Part shown: in pieces, positions 39,765-50,882 of the stretch
Numbering within the stretch: the first letter of the stretch is position 1
Layout of the letters: each line of letters opens with the position of its first letter
Origin: Raillietiella orientalis
Lineage: Eukaryota
Direction: 5' to 3'
Assembly (NCBI GenBank): GCA_036172245.1
Contig: JAYWIR010000003.1
Span: 806,001-870,000, forward strand
DNA length: 64,000 bases
Notes under the pieces: model-generated
What the model was told of the DNA's origin: nothing
The model's database searches: none
What the model saw: only the letters and a program-made list of their open reading frames with translations
Translations under genes and position numbers: made by a program

Positions 39765-41480
39765 TTGCCGCACCCACGGACTTTCGCACGGATGACCACG
39801 GCGGTGTTAGTGTTCCTTCGGGAGAGTCAACGTTCCCCTCATCTTCCCGGAACTCTCAGGTCCTTCCTCTCAACCTCCCGCTCGTTCATGCAGATGTTCG
39901 CAACGACTTTCCTCCTGTTTCCATGGGGACTCACGGTCCGTTCAAACCCGCGCCGTGGAGTTTTTCCCACTCGCGCTCTCTCTCCCGGCCTCCTCCGCCA
40001 AGCAAAAAACCTCGCCCTAGCAAGAGGGAAGAATGGTGATTTCCCGTCCTCACCCTCCCCCGACCTCACCATCGCATTCCCGGAGACGATCTTTCCTCCT
40101 CCCTCAGGGGCAGTTCCAGAGGGCGCTTTCTCGCGCTCAGAGACGCGAGCTTCAGTTGCTGGAGCTTCTGCTCTTGAGCTCATTTCCCGCCTCCCGCTTC
40201 TTCCCCTGTCTTCTCCAACCTCGCCTCGCAAATCGGGGACCCCTTCCCTCCTTCCCTCTGGGACAAGAGGGAACCCTCAGCTCCCGTCGCGCTCCGTGCG
40301 CCTTTCACCCAGCATTCTATGGCGCTGTCTCCTTCTGTGCCCGCATGGCACCGGTCTCCGCACTCTGAGCCTCAACCTGCAGCCCCTTAGCACTTCCTTC
40401 GCTTCACTTGGACGTCTTCTTTCGAAGACTTTCCCTGGCCAGAGGCGCCGACTGTCGAGCTGCCCACGATGCCACCTGGCGGAACCTCCCGATCCTCTGA
40501 AACTGTACCCCGCTCTCCGGCCCCCTCCTTCCTTCCTTCGCATCCGTCTGCGCCGGACCCGATTCCTCGTTCCCGAGATGGAATGCGTTCCGGTTCCCGG
40601 ATTTTACCTCTTGAGAGACTCGTGGGCTTCCCCTTCCTCCCCTCCCCCAACCCCTGGTCCTTCCCGAGGAGTTCTCTGGACGCTCGTACTATTCTCAACT
40701 GCGACCTCCTTCCGTTCCCTGTGCTGACCGGGAGTCATCGGCGCGTAAGGGTTGATGTAGACGGATGCTGACGGACGGAACGTTGCCAGCCAACGCCGCT
40801 GCTTTCGTCTTCGTCCTTGCCTTTCTTGCCGCTGCCGCCATTCCTTCCTTCCTTGGACGCACACGAGTTGAGTGGTAACGAGAAGCGACTGTATCAGGAG
40901 GCTCGTTCTCGAGGGTATCTTGGATCTTCTTTCTTTCCTTCTAAAGGTCAAAGCGCCACCGAACCGTCTCCCGCTGAAGGTCAGAGCCTGTCGGGTGCAG
41001 GGTTGGCGTCGGGGGTTCCTGCGTTGTTGGCAGGCGAATGCTGGCTGCATCTCAGGGAGCCTCGTAACGCCGCCAAGTGTCCCTCCCCCAACCTCCCTCT
41101 CCTTCCTTCTCTCTCCGGGATCAGCTCTCGGCTCCAGAAGCACCCTGGAAGGGGGAGGGGCAGGGAGGGAGGCGAACCCATCCACGCGTCCGCGATCCCG
41201 CGCGAGAGTTGAACGCCGGTCTCCAGCTCCTATAGCCTCTCTCTCCTCGGTCGGTAGGTCGCTGCGGCGGGGTTGCACTTACGGCGGCGCGCCCATTTCT
41301 CCAGCTTCCCTGAGGCTCTCTATCCTCGCACCAGCGAAGATAGGAAAGGGCCTGCCTCACCACCTGCTCATGTCGCGGGCCCCGAGTCTCTGCCAGTGCG
41401 CGAAAGGAGCAACCATCGGGAAGTCCCCGAGATGGCGCTTCCCGATCATCGCAGCTCTGTCTGCCCTCTTCATTCTGTCT
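39765..41480 (+). mobile_element. Decayed LINE 5' part: ORF1-like region followed by endonuclease
   Basis: FPGQRRRLSSCPRCH (Y-GQ-C-C knuckle-like) and LTGSHRRVRV resemble ORF1; ALPDHRSSV (~41435) resembles the SDH motif. Confidence 0.4.
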
Positions 41481-41602
41481 CTTTCATCTGCCTCTTTGCG
41501 GACAAAGGGAAGCTCGCTGCCTTTGTCCGCCTCGTCCTGCGGCCCTTTCGTCCTTCCTTCGCTTTACCCACTGTCGGCTGAAGCGGATCAGCGGCTTTCA
41601 GC

Positions 41603-43096
41603 CAAGAGCTCAGCCACCCGTGCCAACGCGGAGACGGCAATCCTTGGACCCTCCTGGCACACCACGACCTCGTTGTGGCTCGCAGGACGAGGAGCGCTGC
41701 GATCTCCGACACCACACATCCTAGCGACGTGGAGGCCCTGCAGCTTTCCGTCTCCAGAGCCCAGCTTCCTCAAAGGTCCTTTGCCTTTCCGACGGAGGCG
41801 ATCTGCCTTTTGCCACCGTGTCATCGAGAGAAGACCTGTCAGGGGGGGATTAGGCGCATCCGCCTCAGCGGTGCCGACGAATCGCCAAGGTCACGGGGTC
41901 GCTTCGAGTTCAGCAGGTGCGGAAAGTGGAGGCATATGCCGTCTTCCGCAACGGTGGAGGTTCTTCCCCTCGGAATACCGGGAGTTCTCCTCTGGCGGAG
42001 CAATGGCGTGGATCTGAGAAGTGAGTGACACACTGCGAAGCGTGATGGCTGCTTCCGAGTCCTCTCTGATTCTGCCGATGGACGGGTGGCGCCTCGGGAT
42101 CTGGAACATTTGCCCGCTCCCTCGGAGTTGCCGGTCCTTCGAGACTGCGCTGATCTCCCCCGCATTCGCCTCGTCCCGCACCTTTCGAGCATCCACCATG
42201 AGAGCCCCCTGCGCGGGTCGCGCCTTCCGCTGCGGGTCAAAGAAGACGGGCATCCAGTGATTCTTCTGCGTGTTGCGCGTGCCAGTGGGAAAAAACGTAG
42301 GGGAAGGGGAGGAGCATGCAGCGTGGGCGGATGCGGCTGATCCGTCGGTGGAAGCGAGGGTTGAACGCCGGATGCCCCAGCGCCCGGAGCGATCGATCTC
42401 GTCCTCGAAGGGATTCCGGCAGACCTACCGGCGCCCCACAAGACCAGGTTTCGTCGCCTGGTCGACGACCCCGTCCCTCGACTCGGTGCACCTCGCTCCT
42501 CGGATCCCTCCGCTCCAGGATGACCTGGGACTTGGGCAAGCTCGCTTGCAGAGCTCTCCAGGAGGTCCGACTTTCCATCCTAGTGGCCTTTCTCTCCGAC
42601 CTCCGGACGGGGCGTGCGCCGAGGCAGGACATCCAGGGCGAGTGGCTAGCAGGAGAGTTGCCAGGAGACGGCGGACTAGAGGCAAAAGGGCGACCGCTTC
42701 TAGAGAGTCCTTTTCTCCCAGGAGAGAGTTCTCCCGGTAGGAAGGGCCTCCCACATCCCCCCTTTACTTTCCGCACCTGCCGAACTCGAAGCGACCCCGT
42801 GACCTTGGCGATTCGTCGGCACTGCTGAGGCGGATGCGCCGAATCCCCCCCCCCCCCCTACAGGTCTTCGCTCGATGACACGGCGGCAAAAGGCAGATCG
42901 CCTCCGTCGGAAAGGCAAAGGACCTTTGAGGAAGCTGGGCTCTGGAGACGGAAAGCTGCAGGGCCTCCACGTCGCTAGGATGTGTGGTGTCGGAGATCGC
43001 AGCGCTCCTCGTCCTGCGAGCCACAACGAGGTCGTAGTGTGCCAGGAGGGCCCAAGGATTGCCGTCTCCGCGTTGGCATGGGTGGCTGAGCTCTTG
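41603..43096. repeat. Inverted repeat pair, arms 41603-41927 and 42766-43096
   Basis: The arms are reverse complements; by hand I count about 8 substitutions plus a G-run length difference. The same peptide appears on opposite strands in the ORF track. Confidence 0.97.
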
Positions 43097-43900
43097 ACTG
43101 AAGGCCCTTCACCAGCGGAGCCAGATCGCTCTCCTTCGCCGCGCGTGGACTTGGGGACGCCCTCGGTTCCCTGAGGAGGAAGGAAAAGCGGTCCTCTGCT
43201 GCTGTTGACAGTCTCGTCGCCCAGCCTCCGAGCTCCCCTTTTCCAGGAACTCTTCTACTAGGTGGAACCTGCTTCACCAGCGGCTGTTATTGTCTCATCT
43301 TCCCTGAGCATCGCTCACCACCAGCAGCTTCCCGCGGTTTCAAGCGTTCTTCAAGGGTTCCAGGAGGGCTCTCAAAACGTCAGCAGCCTCTGCTACTCTC
43401 CTACCCCTTCCTCTTGTGACCTCCCTTCTGAGCGCGTAAAGCAGCTGCTCCTTTTTTTGAGAAGGGAGGGAAAACAAGGAATCTATCGAAAAGGGGAAGA
43501 TGGTGCAGGATCCAAGTGCGCTTTTTTCGGGGGTGGTCCGTCAAGTCCTTCCTTCACAACTTGTCTTCGTTACTTTGAAATCGGGATGATCTCCAGATTA
43601 CGGGAGGACTCCCTAGAAACGTTTGTCTTTCCTGCAGGACTGCCGAAGGACCACACCGTGCCGCGGTCACCATTTGACAAATTCTTGTACTGACGAGGGT
43701 GCTTTCCTGTAATCCCCTCAGTTTGGATGCTCGCAAATCCTGACGAAAAGTCCATTGGAACCAGCCGGACACTTTGGTCCGATCCTTCGAACTGAAGGAC
43801 GGGGCGATGGGGGGGCAGCCATTAGCGATCGGACGCAGAACGCAGCTCGAGCCTCCAAGCGATGTCGACAGAAAATCCGCGCACGCTCCGAGGGTCAGGT
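41930..43900 (-). mobile_element. Decayed LINE ORF2 (endonuclease, linker, RT start)
   Basis: Minus-strand order: SGDHP (~43585), linker containing the duplicated arm, RKATRME (KAPG-DG-like), GHPAFNPRF (RPISLLN-like). Confidence 0.45.
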
Positions 43901-44173
43901 GCTCGCTGAGGGTGGGGGGTGAAAATAGGTGCAAGCGAAAAGAGAGCTGACAAGCAGGAGAATCCGGGTCTCTTGTGTCCCTTTGAGTTCCCCCCCTCTC
44001 CCTTCATCTTCTCGGAGAGCAGCGCCCGAGCGTGCGCAACCTGGGAGGGAACGCACGCAGAGGAGACTCAAGGAAGCTCCCGTCCTCAGGGCAAACATCT
44101 CCGCGGAGACGTCCTTGCGCGGCGCGTTTCCTCCGTCCACGCCTGACATCCGTTCGCCTCTCTGTATCCCCAG

Positions 44174-47100
44174 ATGCGTGCCTGATGATTTCCTGTAGGA
44201 AAGGAGAGATGTGCTCCATCGTGCCATCTGGGGAACCCCGGTGCGTCTGCGCCGGGGAGTGCAGGAAGCACCGACACCACCTGGTGTGCGGCTCCGACGG
44301 CAAGTTCTACCCCAACCACTGCGAGCTTCACCGGTCGGCCTGCCTGCAGAACGTCAGCATAACTCCCAGAAGGAAGAGCGCATGCAGCCCCAAGGCGCAT
44401 GGTAAAGCCAGCACCTCGCGCGCGCGTGCAGGCGCTGGGCCCGCTGCAGAGGAGGGAGGGACAGGGTAGGTGGCTCCTGTGCCGAAAGGGCGGAAGCAAA
44501 GGGAAAGCAACCCCTCCGGCGGCGACGCATCGCTTGCAAGGGCAACCAAGGGAGGCGACCGACCGGCGATGGAGTGGCCTTCACCTCCGGAGTCGCGTCC
44601 GCACACAGTCAACCTCGTCGAGGGGTCGTCCTGGATCCTCGCGGGCTGACGCCTGCGGAAGGCTCACCTCTGGTCAAGCTGGAAAAGTCGCGTGGACTAC
44701 CGGCTAAACTCAAACCCACCACTGTCCTCCCGGTTTCCTCACCCTTTCCCTTCCTGTCGGACGGTAAAGAGGGAGGGACGTCTGTGGCAATCTGCTCCCC
44801 TATGGAGCAATTCTATTTCTCTCCCTCGAGCCTGATCAGGATCCAGCGGCGGGTGCTGGCCGACCGCATGGCGTTGTCACATCACTGCTGCGCTTTTCTC
44901 GCCTTCTTTGTCCGCTCTCCGGCAGCGACTGAGTGACCCGAGACACGGGGTGGGGGAGGGAACGCGGTCAAGAGGACACTCGACTGACTTCCTTCCCTTC
45001 AGCAGCAGAGGGATGTCCGAACTCGGCCCTCACTCTCATCCCCCGGCTACCCGGCCTTTCGGGGGTGAGGAACAGAGAGAAAGTCCAGCTCGCGGGTCTG
45101 CGCGCGATTGCTATGCGCCCTTTACGGGAGCTACCTCACCCACTAGAGGACGGATCATCTGGTCCCTCCCTCGCTTCGTTCCTTTTGTGCCGAGGCCTCG
45201 GGGAAAGGAGGCCCGGCGGCACCTTTGGGGTCCGCGGGTTTCTCGACGACTTCCGCTCCACCGCCCTTCTACCTTTGGAGGCGCTGAGATTGCTCCACCG
45301 CCTCTTGAGATCTCTGGGAGGTGGAAGTCGTTCTCGCGATCTCCTCCGGCAATGGCAGCGCTCGGTGGCATCCCTCTCCTCGCTTCACGAGACGAATCTC
45401 TGGCGAGGCGCGACCGGCGTCCAGGAATCCTTCTATGAACCTCAGGGTCCAGATTCCCGCTCTGAAATCACCGTCCCTTCTCCTTTTCTATCCTCTTTGG
45501 CTTTCTCCGTTCCGGGAGGCAGCGGGACCAGCAGCCGTCGTAGCCCCGGAGGCCACCCGACGGACTTTACGAAGCCACCGCCAGAGGGGCTGCCCTCTCC
45601 GACCTTCCCTGACCCTCCCCGTTCCTTTGGAGCCGGAACCTCCGCAATAACCTACCGGCACGTTCCGCGGCGCGCTCGCGCCTCTCCTGGAACCGACGGG
45701 AGGAGGAGCGCCGGCCCTGTTGCCCTGCTGGAGGATGCCGAGACGCTGGGCTTGTGCAGAACTTCTCTCGAGCGACGAGGTCTCCCGATATCCCGTCCTT
45801 TCGGGGGAAAGTGGGGTGGGATGGGTGTGTTAAACGGGAGCGCGAGACAAGCCGGCCCCGCCCGTTCTCCCTTTATCCCTCTGGCTGCGCAGATCCCGCA
45901 GGTGATGCAGCGCCGGACATCGCGGATGCTTCTCCTCCTCCGTCCAAGGTCATCAGCAGCACGGAAAGCACCCTGGTCAGAGGGCTGACCCCTCCTTCCC
46001 TGTGCACCCTGGAGGAGTACGAGATCATGAAAGCAAGTACCTCGGAAGGTTTCCCGGGCTCAAGGTCGCGTTCTCGCTTCCAGGACAACTTCCTCCTCTT
46101 CGGCCAGCGTTACTTGGGAGACGGGATCACTTCCGGCAAGGATTACCTGCTCAGTCTGATGTTCAGCCATTACGACGAGAACAACGATGGCTCCCTGGAG
46201 ACAGGCGAGCTGAGGAAGGTAAGCGTTTCTTTCTTACTCTTGAGCGCGCCGTCGTGCGCCTTCCCCTGGTCTCGGTGCTCTAACACCCCCCTCCCCTTCC
46301 TCAAACGGCGCCCCTGAGTTCTTCTCGCGAATGGGTGAACGTTAAAGGTCGCAGGGTGTCCCTTCATCACCCATGATCGCGCGCCAGTGTTGTCAGAACG
46401 TGTGTGCGTTATTTCCGAAGAAGCCCGCGATGGCGAGGAAGGTACCGTCGACAAAGCCGCGACGCGCCTTTTCGCATGCGGACATCCACCTGTCGTGGCT
46501 GCTACGCCTCCTCGGATGCCCCAGTCTGAGAGGTCCCGATCGGTTGCACTCGCGAGGACACCAGTCACCATCACCTCCTTCCGGTCGCAGAGTATCTCTC
46601 GACGGCAACACAGGGATGCTGAGGAGAGGCAGGATCACCAGAGACAGAGAAAGGGGGAGGGGAGACCTTCCTCCGGTAAACGCCTCTCCTCACATCCAGC
46701 GGGAGGAGAGAGTATGCGATCGACCTGGAGACGCCGGCGCTCCCGGGAAAAGCCGCGAGGGAGCACCAAGAGGAACTCAGCCGGGAGAAAGTGCAGTGCT
46801 CCATGGCTCTGCTCTCCTCGGGCGCTCCATGGCGGGGTCCTTATCGGCGCATCCTCCATCACGGGCAGGAGGGGGAGCGGCAGAACGCCTACCCAAAGGA
46901 TGGGCGCCACTCGTCAGGCGAGAAGAGAAGAGACTGGGCAGCAGCGCATGGCGAGCTCACCTCCTCCCTCTCCCTGCAAATCGACCCCCGTTTGCGGCTC
47001 TATCGAGGGTACCCACACGGTTTTGGTCAGAAGGTCAGGTCGGAGTAAATCCAGGCTCTTCGAGCGCCTTCCTGGAATCCCGGAAAGAATCTGGAGGGGA

Positions 47101-50100
47101 GGGAACTGATAAACCAGGAGCCGTGCAGAAAAGGGGGACGCGTAAGAGCGCCGATGTCTTCTGAGCGCGCGACCGGCCATGCAGAACTCCCCTATTGGAT
47201 GCTGAACCTCCCCAAACCAGCAGATCACGACGCCAAGGCTTACGAGAGGTTGAAGCTGCATCCCCGTCGCTAAGCCGCCCCCACACTCAGAAGGCCTCGC
47301 TTCCCCTTCTAAAAGATCATGAAGGTTGAAGGGTCTCGTCCTTGTGTGGGAAGAGGGGGAATGGGGATGAAGGTCGACGACCATCTGGGATCAAGTGTCT
47401 GCAAACATCGGAGGGGGATCTGGCGCGCTTCCTGCGACCTCCGCTTGACCAGGCTGGCAGGCGGACGGCATCTTCGGGATGCTTCGACCTCAGACGCCTT
47501 CCGGAGAGACCCGGGATGGTGGCAGTGTGCAGTTTCCTTTCCGTCCGTCAGCGTCTGGTCCCAGGGCGTAGTCCTCCTGGTAAGCGGCTCCTTTTCCCAC
47601 CTCCCCCGCCCGTCGTCCGTCCAGCAGGCTTGCCGAAACCCGTCTGGAGAAGAGGACGCTTCTGCCCCCCCCTCTCCCTTACAGGCGCTTCGCGGCGAGA
47701 GGGGCCTCCGCACAGCAGCCTCTCGCCGACCCGCGGAAGGCCCTTGCGCTCGTTTTTCCGGGAAGCTGCAGGACGATGGACGGGGAGCTCCCAGGGAGCG
47801 CGTGGGTAGGCAGGAAGGGCCCTCCTCCGCTGCCGAGGGAGATGGGTCAGGAGAGTTCTTCTCCCCCTCCTCTCCCTTATCCCTCCCCACCTTTTCGGCC
47901 TCGCCTCGCTGCTGGGCCGCGCGGCGCGGCGGGCAGACGCGCTCGGCAAATGCTGACGCCGCGCACACGCGCGTCTCCACGCAGGCAAGCGACAAGGAGC
48001 AGCTGCGGGACCTCTCTCAAGGCTGCGACCTCCTCAATCTGCTCTTGTACGAAGACATGGACCACGACGGCAGGCTGAGCATCAACGAGTTCTATGAGGC
48101 GTTCAACAAGCTCTACAGTGGGTTCGATCCCTTCCCCCCCTACGGACCGCTAACTAGTCGAGAGTGACCACCAGGCGTGTCGGTGGTGACCCTGGACAAG
48201 TCTCTGGAGATCAATCACGTCTCCGCTCGGGTGGGCGACAACGTGGAGGTCAAGTGCGACATCACGGGCTCTCCCAGGCCTCCCATCATCTGGAGGAGGA
48301 ACGGAGTGGACCTCGCCACGTACGTGGAAGAGAACGTCCAGGTGAGCCCGCTGGGCCCCGAAGGTGCAAGGGTGCGCACCGGACGGGATGGAGGGTTGAA
48401 GGCAGGGGAGGGCGCTTCCCTTTCTTCTTGCCGCTGATCCTCGACCACCTGCCCCCAGAGTTTCTCCGACGGCTCCCTCTACTTCATCAACGTGCAGCTT
48501 CTGCACTCCGGAAACTACACCTGCCACGCACAGAGGAACTACGACGTATCCCAGACCCATGTCCTCCGGGTCCACAGTAAGCCACGGCAACGCTCCCGGA
48601 CGGCACCCCCCACTCACCACGGGACTCAGTGGTTCCGCAGGTCTTTATCCATCCCGTCATCCAGTCGCTCCGCCCGGGAAGGGACGCCTTACTGCAGTGC
48701 AGGGCCGCCGGGGAACCCTTCCCCGAGGTCAGGTGGACGAAGAATGACGAGCCCCTGCGCGCAGAGTGGATGAACTCCAAGTACAAAATTTCCGGTAACC
48801 GCCAAAACTTCTCCTCCTCCCTCCTGTCCCCCTGCCTCCTCCTCCTTCCTCCTTCTCTTCCTACCGCTCCTCGACGCGTCCTCATCGCTCATGCCGTGCC
48901 CACGCACGCGTCGCGTCGTGCGGTCCACAGGAAACGGCTCCAGGCTGCTCGTCTCCAGGGCGGGCTACGCTGACACCGGCGCGTACACCTGCCAGGCCGA
49001 GAACGACGCGGGGGTGACCCGAGGGATCTCCTCCCTGGTCGTCCACGACGAGCCGTCGTCCCAGGTCATGAGTAAGTCCTGAGAGGCGGGCGATCAAACA
49101 CGCCTCCCGTGTCCTGGAAGACCAGAAGAAGAAGGACATCTTCTTCGTCTTCCACGGCGACGGATGCAGCGCGTATGAACCGGACAGCTGCCAAGCTCTG
49201 AAGAAGATTTTCGCCTCCGACGTGATTCCCGGAACGAAGGTGACTCGGGGAGCGAGAGGGCAGGGGGAAGACGGAAGCGAAATGAGGAGGCTGATCCACG
49301 GGTTTGCAGGACCACGTGTGCGGCGGGAGCGGAGTCGCCGGCTCGCAGTGCCTCTGGGGAGAAGCGGTCAGTGCGAAGGATCGCTACCTGTACGTATCCC
49401 AGCCCACACTGAATAGGGTGCTGGTCATCAACAAAGAACAAATGATAGTCGTAGACGTAAGCGGGAGGAAGAGGGTGGGAGGGGTGGAAGAGAAGGGTTT
49501 GTGGTGGCTGAAACCGCGGTCCCTTCCGCCAAGCAGGCAGTCGCTTCCGACCAACTGCCCGTCCAGCTGTTCTACGTTCCCCACCTGGACCAGATATGGA
49601 TTCTGTGCTGGAGATCCCTGTCCGAGGAGGGTCGCAGGATCATCCAGGTGATCCGGGACGCCTCCCGCTACAGGAAGCACCGGGCCGTGCACCCGGAGCC
49701 GGTCCTCGACAAGTTCGACCTAGTGCAAGACCTCTTCTTGCCTCGGGGTGTGGGTGTGCTGCAGCCCCCTGACGCGCACCCGCACGCCTACGTCGCGCAC
49801 CGTGACCAGCGAGGTCTCTACAAGATGTCCCTCGCCAAGATGAAGTACACGCGCAACGTCGACCTCGCACCCTACAACTGCGTGCCCCGCAACCTGGAGA
49901 TGGTCTTCTTGCGTAAGTACCGCTGCTGCTGCTGCCGCCGTGTGTCGGCGACGGCGAAGCGCGCCATCACCATCCGTCCCCTTCCCTTGCATTTCTCGTC
50001 CCATTCCAGGAGGGTTCTCCGTCGTCGAGTGCACCGAGCCTCTGACGGGAAAGCCCACGGGGCAGCTGTTGCTTGATCAGCTGACGGACACCGTGCTGCA

Positions 50101-50806
50101 ACACCGCGCCTCCATTCGAGGGAAACCGTTCGTGTCGCCGGACGGTCGCAAGGTCGTCTCCCTAGGCTCCCAGGATGATGGAGGAACCATCCTCGTCGTC
50201 CAGACAGTGCAAGGTCTGCTGATCCACCTCCAACATCCCCCTTCTCTCTCTCAGCGGCAGTGTTCCTCCTTGTTCCCTCCCCCCGATAACAGAGGACGGC
50301 CTGCGCTTCGCCTTCGACGTCAGGACCACCCTCAACCTGACCTCGCTGGAGTTTTTCCCATCGGCTACTTCCCACAGCTACGACCTTTACTGCAGCGCCG
50401 CCAACAAGGCCGACGTTTTATTCCTGAACCTGGACACAGGTGCGCTCATACCCGATCCCCTCTCTCCTTGTACCTTGCCGTTCCTTCTGCCTCTTTTCCG
50501 ATAGGCGCGGAGGCAGAGCTCCTAGACCACCACGTGCCACACCTCCTCCCCTTTGCTACCCTTTTCGTTCTTTCCCCAGGAAAAGTCGAGATGATCGCCG
50601 GAGTGGGAGAGACCTCTGATATGGATACTCCCGCCAAGATGGCGTTTGGACATACGGCAAGGAAGCTCCAGGGGGCGAACATGTTCTCTCCCTTCCTGCT
50701 GACCAACACCAAGGACTCTGTGTTCGTGCTGAATGGGGAGCAGAGGACTGTGAATTGTCAAGTGCAAGGACTGACCGATGCTCAGCTGATGGTATGGGTC
50801 GACTGA
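44174..50806 (+). CDS. FSTL5: Follistatin-like protein 4/5 (FOLN-Kazal, EF-hands, 2 Ig domains, C-terminal beta-propeller); 5' signal-peptide exon not located
   Basis: 14 phase-consistent exons: 44174-44401, 45893-46032, 46084-46218, 47985-48117, 48175-48341, 48459-48576, 48630-48794, 48931-49071, 49121-49239, 49310-49456, 49537-49912, 50010-50213, 50293-50439, 50580-50806 (~815 aa). Motifs: VCGSDGKFYPNHCELHRSAC (Kazal), DENNDGSLETGE and DMDHDGRLSINE (EF-hand), KCDITG..W..GNYTC and QCRAAG..W..DTGAYTC (Ig), PFVSPDGR. Confidence 0.93.
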
Positions 50807-50876
50807 CGCCCCCAGGAAGACAGGAGGAGGAGGATGCGGAGCTTGAGCTGCATCGCAAGCTTACCTTTTTTTTCAT

Positions 50877-50882
50877 AATAAA
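50877..50882 (+). promoter_or_regulatory. Probable polyadenylation signal of the FSTL gene
   Basis: AATAAA about 70 nt after the stop, in an AT-rich patch within GC-rich DNA. Confidence 0.6.

Noticed and set aside
11163..43934. Many long overlapping Arg/Pro/Gly/Ser-rich ORFs (e.g. 14403-15665, 34160-35509, 36429-37730)
   Set aside because: They overlap in several frames on both strands, lack domains, and are expected from stop-codon scarcity in GC-rich TE debris.
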